A DNA stretch of 64,000 nt, taken from an uncultured Desulfosarcina sp. (GTDB lineage: Bacteria > Desulfobacterota > Desulfobacteria > Desulfobacterales > Desulfosarcinaceae). Positions 11,952 to 22,676 of this stretch are shown piece after piece. The stretch spans positions 3,040,001 through 3,104,000 of the forward strand of contig CAXXWQ010000004.1 in assembly GCA_963674945.2 (NCBI GenBank), in the 5' to 3' direction. The notes below the pieces were generated by a model. The model was not told where the DNA came from and did no database searches. It saw only the letters and a list, made by a program, of their open reading frames with translations. Every line of letters begins with the position of its first letter. Position 1 is the first letter of the stretch. A program made the translations under genes and the position numbers.

Positions 11952-14309
11952 CTAAACTTCCTGTCTTTTCCACAAAATTCTTGCGAGGACAGGCAAAAGC
12001 ACCATGGCGCCAACCATGTTCCACAGGAACATAAAGGTTAACAAAAATCCCATATCCGCCTGGAATTTGATGGGTGAGAACGCCCAGGTGGCGACGCCGA
12101 TGGACAGTGTAATGCCGGTGAAAGAGACGGCTCTGCCCGTCGTGTTCAGGGTCCGGTAAAAAGCCGGCGTCAACTTGTACCCCAGTTCATCCCGGTAATA
12201 GAGAAGCTTGTTATAGATATAAATGCCGTAGTCCACCCCGATGCCGACGCCGACGGCGATGACGGGCAACGTGGCGACCTTGATACCGATGCCCATTTGG
12301 GCCATCAGGGCCTCGCACAGCACGGAGGTGATCGCCAGGGGCGTAACAACGCATACAGCTGCCTTTACATTTCGGTAGGTAACCAAGCACACCAGAAATA
12401 CCACCGCATATACCAGAATGGTCAATTTCAAAAGCGCCTTTTCCACCTCGACATTGGTGGCCGCCTCGATACCCCCGTTGCCGGCAGCCATCAAAAACTG
12501 CATGGTGTCCGTATTGTGCTTTTTGGCAAATTCATCGACGGCCGCGACCACCCGCTCCAGTGTTTCCGCCTTGTGGTCGTCCAAAAAGACCAGAATGGGT
12601 GTAAAAGCACCCTCTTTCTTCTGTAAGATACCCGGGGTCTGAAAAATCAGACTGTCGAGGGTCACCTTGCTCCGGGGTATGGCCGTCCATTTCAGGTTTC
12701 CTTCCATATAAGCCGCATTGAGAAGTTTTAAAACGTCCGAGTGGCTGATAACATTCTGTACACCTTCGACATCATGGGTCAACTTCGCGTCCAGCTTATC
12801 GGTGAGCACCACCACCGGATATGCGCTGCTGCCTCTCTTCGGCGTTGTCAGCATCACAACGAATACATCACTGCTGGTGGAATAGTGTTCGTTCATATAG
12901 GCGTTGTCCTTGTTGTAACGGGAATCCGGCCGCAATTCAGGAGCCCCGGGGTCCAGGTCACCGGTTTTCAAATCCTCCATCAGGTAAAGACCGCCCACCA
13001 GAAAGATGGCTGCTACCACAACCGTACCGTAGGCCCACTTTGGCTCGGTGTATCGGGTCAGATGGGTCCATACGGGGTGGTTTGTCGAGGCGTTGGCCTT
13101 TTTCATTCTTTCGATGGTCGTTGGGCTGATTCCGGAATAGGACATCAACACGGGCAAAAAGATCAGGTTGGTAACGGCCACCACGGCCACACCGATGCTG
13201 GCTCCAACGGCGACGTCCTGAATCACGCCGATCTGAATCACCATCAGGGTGGCAAAACCGATAAAGTCGGTGAACAGTGCGGCCAGACCCGGCCTGAAAA
13301 TCTGACGAAAGCCCAGACGCGCCGCCGTTACTTTGTCCGCCCCGGCGATCATCTCCAGGCCCATGGCATTGAACATCTGCATGCCGTGGCTGACGACCAG
13401 AGCGAACATGAGAAAAGGCACCAGCATGGAATAGGGATTCAGCCCGTACCCGCAGAGCCTCATGATCCCCAATTGCCAGACCACCGCCGTCAGAGAGGAG
13501 ATCGCCCGTACGGCCGTGTTTTTCACGCACCGCGAACTGAACCACAGTAAAATAAGCAGAATCAAAAAAGCGATGAAAAAGAAGAGTAGAATCCGGGTGG
13601 AACCATCGATGAGATCCCCCACGATTTTGGCGAATCCGGTAATATGGATCTTGATATCGTCATTCTGGAACCGGGTTCGAATCTCCTCCAGCTTTTTCGC
13701 AAAAAGATTGTAGTCGATGGGTTTTTGCGTTTCCGGATTAATATCAAACAGGGGTGCCATGATGACACTGGATCTGAAATCGTTTGCCACCAGACTGCCC
13801 ACCTCACCGGACTTGAATACATTCAAACGGACCTGCGCAAGGTCTTTCTGGCTGCCGGAGTAAGTACTGGGGATGACTTCCCCCCCGAGGAAACCATCTT
13901 CGTTCACCTCTATCCATCGGACATTCGGTGTCCACAGCGACTTCAATCCCGCCCGGTTTACACCGGGAATGTAAAAAATATCGTCACTTACCTTTCTCAA
14001 CACGGCCATGTACTCTTTGGTGAAAATATCTCCTTTGGTGGTTTCGACGCAAATGCGGACGACGTTGCCCATTTCCTTAAGATCTTCCTGGTGCGCGATA
14101 AAATTCTTGATGAAAGGATGATAGGTGGGAATCATGCGTAAAAAACTGGCCTCGGGCCTCATCTGAAGCATGTGATAGCCGAAAAAGATCGTAAAGCCGA
14201 CATACAACACCATAACGATTGGCCGTCTGGGAAAGAGCATCCTTTCTAAAAACCACGCGTCATCTACATATGAGCTGTCAACTTCAGTCGATACGTTCTT
14301 CTGGAGCAT
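11952..14309 (-). CDS. RND/MMPL-family inner membrane transporter
   Basis: Two hydrophobic TM bundles separated by periplasmic loops; GIGVDYGIY motif; lies in the DUF1302/DUF1329/YCF48 operon. Confidence 0.88.
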   Translation of the reverse strand: MLQKNVSTEVDSSYVDDAWFLERMLFPRRPIVMVLYVGFTIFFGYHMLQMRPEASFLRMIPTYHPFIKNFIAHQEDLKEMGNVVRICVETTKGDIFTKEYMAVLRKVSDDIFYIPGVNRAGLKSLWTPNVRWIEVNEDGFLGGEVIPSTYSGSQKDLAQVRLNVFKSGEVGSLVANDFRSSVIMAPLFDINPETQKPIDYNLFAKKLEEIRTRFQNDDIKIHITGFAKIVGDLIDGSTRILLFFFIAFLILLILLWFSSRCVKNTAVRAISSLTAVVWQLGIMRLCGYGLNPYSMLVPFLMFALVVSHGMQMFNAMGLEMIAGADKVTAARLGFRQIFRPGLAALFTDFIGFATLMVIQIGVIQDVAVGASIGVAVVAVTNLIFLPVLMSYSGISPTTIERMKKANASTNHPVWTHLTRYTEPKWAYGTVVVAAIFLVGGLYLMEDLKTGDLDPGAPELRPDSRYNKDNAYMNEHYSTSSDVFVVMLTTPKRGSSAYPVVVLTDKLDAKLTHDVEGVQNVISHSDVLKLLNAAYMEGNLKWTAIPRSKVTLDSLIFQTPGILQKKEGAFTPILVFLDDHKAETLERVVAAVDEFAKKHNTDTMQFLMAAGNGGIEAATNVEVEKALLKLTILVYAVVFLVCLVTYRNVKAAVCVVTPLAITSVLCEALMAQMGIGIKVATLPVIAVGVGIGVDYGIYIYNKLLYYRDELGYKLTPAFYRTLNTTGRAVSFTGITLSIGVATWAFSPIKFQADMGFLLTFMFLWNMVGAMVLLPVLARILWKRQEV

Positions 14310-14321
14310 TTTGCATTTCCT

Positions 14322-15497
14322 CTATTTCTCGTTGGCTGGTTTTTTGATTTCGATCCGGGAAATCCCTGCGAGCCCCACTACTGCCAGCACGTCTCTTTTC
14401 ATCTCGGCCATGGCAATCCCCCCCCCGGGGTATCGTTGGGGTAGTGCCGTGAAGGTTTTTCCCCGATCCTTGCTTCTCAAAATGACCCCATCAATGCCCA
14501 CAACACAAAAAGATCCATCCAATAGAACGGTGCCGCCGGAAAGTGATACCGGCCTACCAATGTTTGAGGTGTTCCAGGATTCTCCCCGGTCCAAAGAATA
14601 ATAGATATGCCCCCTCAGTCCGAAGATCGTTACAAACCCGCCGGACGGATCTCCGATAATGCCGAAAAAGGACCCTCCGTAGGGAGACTGAAGGTGCTGC
14701 CAGCTTTGGCCGAAATCCTCTGACCGGTACAATGCACCGGCCTCCCCGGCAATGAACAGATCGTCACCGGAATGTTCGATGCTGTAGTAGTGATATCCGG
14801 TCGTATTATCGATGCGATCCAGATTGGGCTGCCAGGTATTCCCCCCGTCTTTCGTCGAAAGAATCAGTCCGTAGACGCCGATAATGATGCCTTCCCGATC
14901 ATTTTTAAACCATAGATCCATCAACGGCTGGCAGGGGCCCTGTTTCGAGGTAAACGCCATGTCGCTTAACAGGTAGCTCAGATCATCCGCCTTCAACACC
15001 AAATCCTCCCGTTCTTCTTCGGTCAGCGCCGGGTCTGCAAGAAGCTCGTTCTTGGCGTTCACCATCTGCGCCATCTGGTTATAGACCAGTTTGTTGATCT
15101 GCCAGCCGTCCAACTGCGTTTTCCATGTTTTGCCGCCATCTTCGGTGTGAAGCACCACACCGTCGTGTCCAACGGCCCATCCGTGATCATGGGTCGGAAA
15201 ACAGACTGCCGTCAGGGTAACGCTCACCGGTACCTCCGCCTGGATCCAGCCCTCGCATTCGTTATCCGAATACAGGATATGCCCCCGCTCACCAACCACC
15301 ACGATACGGCCATCCACCTTCGCCACATCCATGAGGATTGCGTATGGCGCCCAGTCGACTTTTTCCGACGGCTCCTTCAACAGGTCTACGGTCTCACCAG
15401 ATGTTGATATTGCAGCGCATAGGAAAAGAAAAATGCAACCGATGCCAAAGAGGTATTTTCTTTGGCCATTTTTATGCTCACCGGATCGATTCTCCAT
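14322..15497 (-). CDS. YCF48-like/BNR-repeat beta-propeller protein, exported
   Basis: Signal peptide; VVVGERGHIL, GWAVGHDGVVLHTEDGGKTW and repeated SxDxGxxW Asp-boxes. Confidence 0.85.
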   Translation of the reverse strand: MENRSGEHKNGQRKYLFGIGCIFLFLCAAISTSGETVDLLKEPSEKVDWAPYAILMDVAKVDGRIVVVGERGHILYSDNECEGWIQAEVPVSVTLTAVCFPTHDHGWAVGHDGVVLHTEDGGKTWKTQLDGWQINKLVYNQMAQMVNAKNELLADPALTEEEREDLVLKADDLSYLLSDMAFTSKQGPCQPLMDLWFKNDREGIIIGVYGLILSTKDGGNTWQPNLDRIDNTTGYHYYSIEHSGDDLFIAGEAGALYRSEDFGQSWQHLQSPYGGSFFGIIGDPSGGFVTIFGLRGHIYYSLDRGESWNTSNIGRPVSLSGGTVLLDGSFCVVGIDGVILRSKDRGKTFTALPQRYPGGGIAMAEMKRDVLAVVGLAGISRIEIKKPANEK

Positions 15498-15640
15498 ATT
15501 TCCAATTTCACCTTTTTCATTTCGTTATTTTGCCGTTGGAGCAAAGTGGGAAACGTACAAGGAACTAAATAAAATGAGAATGTCGGCGGTATAACGACCT
15601 GCTCATTATTTGGGCCTCTTACATGTTTTCTTACATCCCA

Positions 15641-17023
15641 TTACCGCCTGCCGCTTTTTCGCAAATGCTGAATTGTGAAGTGGGAGTCGGGTATGTCCTT
15701 CGTACTTGGGGGGCCTCCTTCGTAAAAATTAGCTCCTTGATACACGGGCACCTGGGAATCAAAATTATAGTACTGGGTCTGACGGGTCACAGGAATGTCA
15801 TAGTATTGTTTTACATTTGCAAAGGACCATCGCCACAGGTTTCCGCGATTATCGTACTGATCCTTGAGTAAAATCTGCCATGAGTCCTCATCCAGATAAA
15901 AATCCCGCTTGCCATACATATGCCGATACCCTTCCCGGATGGTTGCGACGACTTTCCATACCCGATGAAGCTCCCAGCGCATATATTCCGGGTCGACATG
16001 ATGCGGTGTCAGTACCGCTTTGGGGTCGCGCTTAAACTCGTCTTCGATACGGTAGGCGTTATACGGTACGAACATCTCTTTTTTCCCGTTCAATGTCCAA
16101 TCGAACCGGTCGATCTTGCTGGAATACATCCATGAGTCGTCGTTGCATGCAACGATGCCGGTTGTTGGATCAACACCGTCGTAAAATACGTTGGGCGCCC
16201 GGCGCACCCGGCGTTGTCCCGGCATATATTGCCAGCCGCCGGCGTCTCCATCCCGATAGTCCCCACGTAACAATCGTAGAAAAACTTCGCCGTAGCGGCC
16301 GGGTATATCGAGTTCATACCAACCTCCTACGGTAAAATCCTTTGGGTTGAACTTTTCTTTCGGTACGGTTTCAGCTTCAGATAGATAGTACCAGGCTTGA
16401 ATTGTCCCTCCTTCGGCCCAGGTGCCGTCTTCCTGAACGACGCCACCGCCACCATAAAAACTTAAATTTTTCGATCCATTTGGTTTGTTAAGAAAATTTA
16501 ATATGGCCTGGGCGCCGTTTTGCGGAATCGGAAACACAAACCCTTTCCAGTAATTTGTCATGCTACCATCACGATCGACAAGCTCCGCCGTCAGGGCATT
16601 TTCATATGTACTTCGATAAATTTCTTCGGAAAATGCGGCAGATCTTCTGGTGGGATAAATATGCATCTTCCAGGTATCCGGGTACATTTCGAACATTTTC
16701 AACAGGCCCTGGGATAATTTGTCCTTATATTGATCGACATTTTGTGCTGTAATGGTAAACAGGGGCTTGTCTTCGGGATAGGGATCCGGGAGAAACTCTC
16801 CGGGAACAACCTTCACGTTTTCTGGTGTTTTTGAAAGTCCACCGGTCCAAGGGGGAATGGTTTCTTCCTTGTTTCCCGAACGCTCGCCTCCCATGGGGTT
16901 TAGCTCCTTTTTCAGTTTTTCCGCCTCTTCAGCAGTCACTTTCGCCTGAACCGCCACTGTGATACACACCAATAGGCTCGCCAGCATCACGGACAATATT
17001 CTTTTCCATATGGTACGGTTCAT
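15641..17023 (-). CDS. DUF1329 periplasmic protein, copy 1
   Basis: Signal peptide; LNPMGGERSGNKEETIPPWTGGL, YPTRRSA, WQYMPGQRRVRRAP, RWELHRVW, FYLDEDSW. Confidence 0.88.
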   Translation of the reverse strand: MNRTIWKRILSVMLASLLVCITVAVQAKVTAEEAEKLKKELNPMGGERSGNKEETIPPWTGGLSKTPENVKVVPGEFLPDPYPEDKPLFTITAQNVDQYKDKLSQGLLKMFEMYPDTWKMHIYPTRRSAAFSEEIYRSTYENALTAELVDRDGSMTNYWKGFVFPIPQNGAQAILNFLNKPNGSKNLSFYGGGGVVQEDGTWAEGGTIQAWYYLSEAETVPKEKFNPKDFTVGGWYELDIPGRYGEVFLRLLRGDYRDGDAGGWQYMPGQRRVRRAPNVFYDGVDPTTGIVACNDDSWMYSSKIDRFDWTLNGKKEMFVPYNAYRIEDEFKRDPKAVLTPHHVDPEYMRWELHRVWKVVATIREGYRHMYGKRDFYLDEDSWQILLKDQYDNRGNLWRWSFANVKQYYDIPVTRQTQYYNFDSQVPVYQGANFYEGGPPSTKDIPDSHFTIQHLRKSGRR

Positions 17024-17047
17024 TTAATGCTCCTTTTGATATTTGAT

Positions 17048-18601
17048 TTAAAAGGAATACGACAAGCTAAAGGCAATCGTGTCACGATCCTTTAAAATAT
17101 GCCTGTTGTATCGGTTCTCATAGGTAAGCGCGCCCTTCCAAACGTTATTATAGAGAAAATCGACTCCGACGGAGGCGGATGCATAACCTTCTGGAAAACC
17201 ATTGTCACCCAGCATGTTCGTGCCGCTGAGAACATCGGAATTCGCCAGGTTCAAGCCTATCGTCGTTTTCGGAAACACCTCGAACCAATCGAACCCGACC
17301 AGGACCGAATACATCCATGCAAACTCGTTCTCCTCGCCGAAGCCGACTTCCTTGCCGCATGCGACTTCACCGGTGATCATAAGTGAGTCTGCAAAACTAC
17401 GGAGAGACCTCATATAGATAGCCGAAGTCTGTGCCTGCCAGAAATCGCCCTCTTCAACCACGGGCATCCCCGTTGCATCCAAGGCTTGAAATCCCACATC
17501 CTGTCGATAGCTGAATTCGCCGCTTAAATTGGCTTCTCCGAGCATTGAACTGAAGCTGAAGCCGTAAAGCTTGATGTCTTCGGTAAATTTTGAATACAGC
17601 GTCCCATATGGATTGGTTGCGCTGGGATCCCCATAAAGAACGGACGGATTCTTATCGTGATAGTTGATGTAGTAGCCGCCAATTTCCGTTGCGTCCAACC
17701 ACGGCAGCAAATAGGTTAATTTGATTCCATACTGGCCGTCGTCTTTTGCTTCTTCATCCTCTCCCCTAGGAATGGCCAGCAACGTGGAGCCAAACTGATT
17801 CAAGGTGGGCACCCTGATTTCATCAAGCGTATCCGTCCTCGCAAAAAAAGTGCCGCCCTCCATGAGTCTGGTTTTTTCCCATTTCCACTGGTAATAACCG
17901 CCCAGCCCCAATTCCGGAGTTATCGAAATCTGAAGATAGGCCGATTCCGTGGGTAAAAACATTTCTTTTACCTCCGTACCCACGGCAACCGCGGCGGAAG
18001 CATCCATGGGGCTTTGCGCAGAAGAAATGCCCCCCGGAATCAAAAGGCTCTCTCCCCAGCTGATAACCTGCTTTCCCACACGAATATCAATTTCCCGGTC
18101 TTCCAGGTAGAAGCTGTAATATCCGAAGAGGTCCAGGATTTCTGCATTCCGGCCGTGGATGTCCTCGATTTCATCGTGCCACTCATCCGAGGCGCCAATA
18201 CTACCACCGACGAAGGCATTGTTGGTCTCCGGGCTGTCATTGGCGTTGTCCGTCATGTAAACATGGTCATAAAACGCCTTGGGCCGAACGAACACGCCAG
18301 CACTCTTATAATTGAATTCGATGTCCGCAAGCGCAGTGATCTTGTTGTTGATCAGGTCCCACTGGTCGAAATTCCGGTTGGCGTCATCGTTGTTGATATC
18401 GGCCAGCAAATCGTCGTCCTGGTCCGATACTCTCATACCCACACCGTATGTGAGTGTTACGTCACAAGTTAGTTCTGTGTCGGGCCCGAGGTTGAACTGC
18501 ACGGCACCCGCAGGTCCAAGCAAAGAAAACACGCCAAAGAGGAATACCGTTGTCAGCAATATCTTTTTTTGATTCTGCCCACACCACATTTTCCTATCCA
18601 T
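17048..18601 (-). CDS. DUF1302 outer-membrane beta-barrel protein
   Basis: NNDDANRNF, RVGKQVISWGES, YYINYHDK, EDIKLYGFSF, C-terminal DRD..AFSLSYSF; start moved to ATG at 18601 behind AAAAGGAG. Confidence 0.85.
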   Translation of the reverse strand: MDRKMWCGQNQKKILLTTVFLFGVFSLLGPAGAVQFNLGPDTELTCDVTLTYGVGMRVSDQDDDLLADINNDDANRNFDQWDLINNKITALADIEFNYKSAGVFVRPKAFYDHVYMTDNANDSPETNNAFVGGSIGASDEWHDEIEDIHGRNAEILDLFGYYSFYLEDREIDIRVGKQVISWGESLLIPGGISSAQSPMDASAAVAVGTEVKEMFLPTESAYLQISITPELGLGGYYQWKWEKTRLMEGGTFFARTDTLDEIRVPTLNQFGSTLLAIPRGEDEEAKDDGQYGIKLTYLLPWLDATEIGGYYINYHDKNPSVLYGDPSATNPYGTLYSKFTEDIKLYGFSFSSMLGEANLSGEFSYRQDVGFQALDATGMPVVEEGDFWQAQTSAIYMRSLRSFADSLMITGEVACGKEVGFGEENEFAWMYSVLVGFDWFEVFPKTTIGLNLANSDVLSGTNMLGDNGFPEGYASASVGVDFLYNNVWKGALTYENRYNRHILKDRDTIAFSLSYSF

Positions 18602-18817
18602 TCCCATTCTCCTTTTTGAGTGTGCCGTTCCTCCCAGCTTGTTGACAGGCATGAACTTTTTGCTGAACCTTGACCGGCAATCCCGCGATTTGTCGTAGTG
18701 ACAAATCGATACAAGGCCAAAACGCGTTTGGCGAAGTCGTTTGATCGTCATTTCCATTTTTTTGATACAAGCATCTTGATGTCTGCGAATGTAAAAACGG
18801 CAATGAAGCTATATGGT

Positions 18818-18898
18818 AAAACGCCCCTCGGTTAAACGGGAGGAGGTCTTAATCCGAGGGGCATGCTCTCTTGAGTGGTGATCTCTTGAGAGTAAATC
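18818..18898 (-). promoter_or_regulatory. Conserved leader hairpin element, copy 1 (copy 2 at 27080-27146)
   Basis: gcccctcggttaa...ttaatccgaggggc stem next to gtgatctcttgagagtaaatc; a homologous element precedes the second DUF1329 gene. Confidence 0.6.
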
Positions 18899-18987
18899 AT
18901 ATTTAAAAGCTGACCTTGCCAGCAGTATAGATCTTAATCAGTAGAAGGGATAAGAGATGTCTGTCATGAAAGAAAACGTCATGCAAA

Positions 18988-19728
18988 TTACATCATGGTA
19001 AAAACCTGACCGGTAATCCGATCGGCTTCGTCAGATAGAATGAAACGCGCCACCTTTGCCACCTCTTCAGGAGAATTCAATCCTCTTGGGTTCTGCGTTC
19101 CCAACGTTTCATGCACCGCATTCTCATCCATCCCCATGGCTCTGAATGCGCCCAGTGTCAGTTCAGTGGGAACGATTCCCGGCAAGATGCAATTGATGTT
19201 GATCAACTTCCCCTCGAGCTCTGCGACCATGGTTTCCATGAGACTTTTCATGACGGCTTTGCCTGCCTGGTATCCGGCAAGACCCGCCGTTCCCCCTGTC
19301 GCCGATATGAAAAAGAGCATTTTGCCGGTATTGCGCTCCGTAAAATGTTCCATGATGTTGTGGGCGCAATTGAACATTGTGTAGCCGTTGAATTCCACCT
19401 GCTGTTTGAAGAAATCAAAATCGTAATCCGGCAATCCCTTGAATACGCCCCCGCCAACGGTATCAACCATATAGTCGATGCCCCCCATCTCTTTGATGGT
19501 TTCCTCAGTGACACTTTTTATGTCGTCATAATCCAGGGCATTTGCCTTTTTCACTGCAGCCTTTCCACCGGCATCTTGTACTTCTTTGGCGGTCGTCCCG
19601 GCGCTTTCGGTGTTGATGTCCCAGATGCAGATGTCGACCCCGGCTTTTGCCAGTTCCAATGCGACGGCCCGTCCGATTGAATTTTGTGCGGCGCCTACGA
19701 CGACTGCGTTTTCTCCTTTAAAGTTCAT
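18988..19728 (-). CDS. Short-chain dehydrogenase/reductase, paralog of 56772-57518
   Basis: VVGAAQNSIG Rossmann loop, YQAGK catalytic motif, NCILPG. Confidence 0.85.
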   Translation of the reverse strand: MNFKGENAVVVGAAQNSIGRAVALELAKAGVDICIWDINTESAGTTAKEVQDAGGKAAVKKANALDYDDIKSVTEETIKEMGGIDYMVDTVGGGVFKGLPDYDFDFFKQQVEFNGYTMFNCAHNIMEHFTERNTGKMLFFISATGGTAGLAGYQAGKAVMKSLMETMVAELEGKLININCILPGIVPTELTLGAFRAMGMDENAVHETLGTQNPRGLNSPEEVAKVARFILSDEADRITGQVFTMM

Positions 19729-19803
19729 AATGGAATCCTCGTGTTTTTATTGTTAATAAACATCGTATGTCGAATACCGGTTATCTTGTATAAAACTTTT
19801 TAC

Positions 19804-22323
19804 CTACATGGCATGTTCCGTTCGGGAAATGATCTCATCACGTACTTCCGGCGTCAGCTCGGTCCAGTATGCGCTGTATCCGGCGACTCTCACGACCAAA
19901 TCTTTGTAGTTCTCCGGATGGGCTTTCGCATCGATCAGGGTGTCTTTGTTCAGGATGTTCAGTTGCACCTGGGAACCGCCCTTGGCAAAGAAGGTGTCCA
20001 GCAGAGCGGAAAATTTCATCTTGCCCTCTTTGGTCGCCATAATGCCGGCGGAGAATTTCATGTTCATCAACGTGCTCTCCATTCCCTGCATATCGATCTT
20101 CGACGCGGAATTCATTACTGCAGTGGGGCCGTTCTTGTCACAGCCACGAACAGGCGACAACGATCCGTCGGCCAGCGGCTCGCCATGCTTTTTCCCGTTG
20201 GGGAGTGCGCCGGTGGTCGGGGCGACCCATTGGGCCCATGCGGCGCCCTGTCGAAAGAGTCGGGGCTTGCGACCGAACTCATCCCGATAGGAAAGTGCCT
20301 CGTCCCGGGTAAAGGCCCAGAGGTGGGCCATCATTTCATCGGGTTCTTCCAAATCGTTGCCATATTTGGGATAATCGATCAGTTTTTTACGCAACTCTTC
20401 ATACCCTTCGAAGTCGGCTTCGAGCGCCTTGATCAGTTCGTCCATGGTGCAGATCTTGTCTTCAAAGACGGCGTGTTTGATGGCAATCAGCGAGTCGGCG
20501 GTGTCGGAAATGGCTCGATCCACGAAGGAACCGCCTTCGAGTCGATACGCATACCGGGTCCCGCGATGGTTGCAGTCGATTCCGTTTTCGACACATCCTT
20601 CCAGCCAGCCCGAGGCAAACGGCATGTAGGAATTTCCCGTACCATCACAATGCCTGGCTCCGTCGAGCCCCATATTCATGTGGAATGCGTAGTGGTGGCG
20701 AACCTGCTCTTTGTAGGCTTCCAGAACATCGTCGAAGTTCTTGAATTCTTTCGGGTCTCCCGTATCCGTTCCCAGCTTGTACCCGCTGTCCGGATCAACG
20801 CCGTGATTCAGCGCTATCTGAAGAAGTTTGGCATGATGCACAAAGCCCGGGCCGGGCCCCATACCCCAGGCGAATGCCTTACAGATTCCGGTATTCACGC
20901 AGCCGCCCATGGACCAGTCCCGGGCCTCTTCGTGGGGAACGCCGCGGCTCATCAGGTACTCCATGTTGTTACGGTCGTTGAACCATGCCGGAATGCCTGC
21001 ACCCTGGTTTCTGTTGCATTCGATAGCCGCGTCAAGGAACTCGGGCGCCATGGCGTGGTGATAGCGTACCGAGATATGCGGCTGGTGGGTTTTGACCTGT
21101 CCTGCCACGTGTAACACCAGGCAGCCGAATTCGTTGGAAGCGTCCCTGCCTCTGCGGTCAATTCCACCGAGGGTGACATTGACGATGTAATTGGCCTGGG
21201 CCACCGCCTGATGGTCCCTGCGCCCCATGAGTCCACCGAAAAGGAACGGCTCCAGCGAGTCCCAGAAAATGAAGATGTTGCCCATCAACTCGGCGGCTTC
21301 CTGGCGGGTCAGGCGGCCTTCGTTGATGTCCTTCATATAAAATGGGAACATATACTGATCGAACCGGCCGGCATAGTGATTGGATATGGCTTTTTCCATA
21401 TCGTGGACCACCGGGATAAACCAGTAGGCCTGCATCGCCTCCCGGAAGGTCCGCGGCGGGTTTGTCGCAACCCATTCACACACATCGCCGATCTCTTTCA
21501 GCTCTTTCTTCCTTTTGGTCCTCTTCTCTTTCTTCGCCATCTCCCTGGCTTTTTCGGCGTGGCGCATGATGAATCGCTGGAAGCCCTTCTGGACGATGAT
21601 AAACGATTCCAGCGTCTTGATCTTATCCGTGTCCTCAAGGGTAATGGCATCACCTTTGCGGCGAATCTTAGCAATCCGGTCTTGGATTTCAACGATCAGG
21701 CCGTTTATGCCGATGGCAAGATATTTTTCGAAGTCACAGCCAACAACCAGCGGGGTGTGTGCTCCCTTTGGCATGACACCGCCCATATTGAGTTTGGCTT
21801 CACCCATTTGTTGCCGTTTTTGGCCACCGAAGGCGACATTTGCTTCATAGCGTGGTTTGCCCAGATTCATGGCGTCCCAATATTCGGCTGCGGCGCGGAT
21901 GTCCTCGATGGTTTCGTCGGTAAGCCCTGCGTCCTGCTCCTCGCTGCCGGCGCTGGCCATCTGGTCCCGGTGCTGAAGGATCATTAAGATGTGCTCGGGT
22001 CCTGCGGTATGGCCCGGATAGGCGCCGCGGTTATAGGGCGTCGGCTTGCCCACGATCAGCTCTCCGTACCGGATGATAATGGGCATCTTGGCCATGTGGT
22101 TGACTTCTGCCTTGGCCTTCCGGATTGCAGGATGCTCGCCTTCGGTCTCCTTGTAAGACGAGAGCCAGTATCTGGCTCTCTCGCCGGCGATGTGAACGCC
22201 TTCTTCCCGCACTCTGTCCTTCAGCATCCGAATCCGATCGGTGAGGCCATTGGTCTTGTAAACTTCCTCCAGTTGGATAACGCGTGGATCGACCTTTGGT
22301 TCTTTGTTTTTTTTGGCAGTCAT
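19804..22323 (-). CDS. Glycyl radical enzyme of unknown function, copy 1
   Basis: C-terminal LVVRVAGYSAYW Gly loop, DWSMGGCVNTG Cys loop, GRFDQY, PKYGND; 839 aa. Confidence 0.93.
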   Translation of the reverse strand: MTAKKNKEPKVDPRVIQLEEVYKTNGLTDRIRMLKDRVREEGVHIAGERARYWLSSYKETEGEHPAIRKAKAEVNHMAKMPIIIRYGELIVGKPTPYNRGAYPGHTAGPEHILMILQHRDQMASAGSEEQDAGLTDETIEDIRAAAEYWDAMNLGKPRYEANVAFGGQKRQQMGEAKLNMGGVMPKGAHTPLVVGCDFEKYLAIGINGLIVEIQDRIAKIRRKGDAITLEDTDKIKTLESFIIVQKGFQRFIMRHAEKAREMAKKEKRTKRKKELKEIGDVCEWVATNPPRTFREAMQAYWFIPVVHDMEKAISNHYAGRFDQYMFPFYMKDINEGRLTRQEAAELMGNIFIFWDSLEPFLFGGLMGRRDHQAVAQANYIVNVTLGGIDRRGRDASNEFGCLVLHVAGQVKTHQPHISVRYHHAMAPEFLDAAIECNRNQGAGIPAWFNDRNNMEYLMSRGVPHEEARDWSMGGCVNTGICKAFAWGMGPGPGFVHHAKLLQIALNHGVDPDSGYKLGTDTGDPKEFKNFDDVLEAYKEQVRHHYAFHMNMGLDGARHCDGTGNSYMPFASGWLEGCVENGIDCNHRGTRYAYRLEGGSFVDRAISDTADSLIAIKHAVFEDKICTMDELIKALEADFEGYEELRKKLIDYPKYGNDLEEPDEMMAHLWAFTRDEALSYRDEFGRKPRLFRQGAAWAQWVAPTTGALPNGKKHGEPLADGSLSPVRGCDKNGPTAVMNSASKIDMQGMESTLMNMKFSAGIMATKEGKMKFSALLDTFFAKGGSQVQLNILNKDTLIDAKAHPENYKDLVVRVAGYSAYWTELTPEVRDEIISRTEHAM

Positions 22324-22498
22324 TTCCCCCCCCCTCTTTTTTCTTTAAAAACAAGATCTTTTATTTGAATTTTGAATCGGCTGTTCTATAAAACCGGATG
22401 CGAAGTTTCCAGATGATACCAGAAAGATTGGAGCCGCTACGTTTTATGACCTGTGTTTTTTTATAAGGATGGCGTCTAATTGATAAATCCTGTTTATT

Positions 22499-22514
22499 AC
22501 ATGAATCGTGCCAA
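22499..22514 (-). promoter_or_regulatory. Probable sigma-54 promoter for the GRE1 operon (non-canonical -12)
   Basis: TTGGCACGATTCATGT on the minus strand; adjacent to a divergent sigma-54 activator gene. Confidence 0.6.
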
Positions 22515-22567
22515 GAAAATTATCTTTAAATAACAGTGGGTTGATTTTTAAGCCACACCAAATTAAC

Positions 22568-22629
22568 GCCATATGACAAATTTGATTGTCCTATGGCATA
22601 GCAAGTGATAATAATACGCTATGTGACGA
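22568..22629. promoter_or_regulatory. Probable activator binding site: inverted repeat plus extra half-site
   Basis: gccatatgacaa-N6-ttgtcctatggc (22568-22597) and gctatgtgacga (22618-22629); same layout at 27281-27343. Confidence 0.65.
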
Positions 22630-22676
22630 TTCGGTTCCAGTTTTTGAGAAATTACTTACCGGGGCGCACCAATCAT

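Noticed and set aside
18900..18930. Possible sigma-54 promoter for DUF1302 (TGGCAAGGTCAGC on the minus strand)
   Set aside because: GG-to-GC spacing is two bases short of the required N10.
19684..21987. Long plus-strand ORFs opposite GRE1 (similarly opposite fadH, pabB and GRE2)
   Set aside because: Antisense shadows expected from GC-rich codon usage; no protein motifs.
19804..22323. Calling the GREs pyruvate formate-lyase or alkyl/benzylsuccinate synthase
   Set aside because: No vicinal Cys-Cys pair, no fumarate-adding-type Cys loop, and no small subunit, activase or methylmalonyl-CoA mutase genes nearby.
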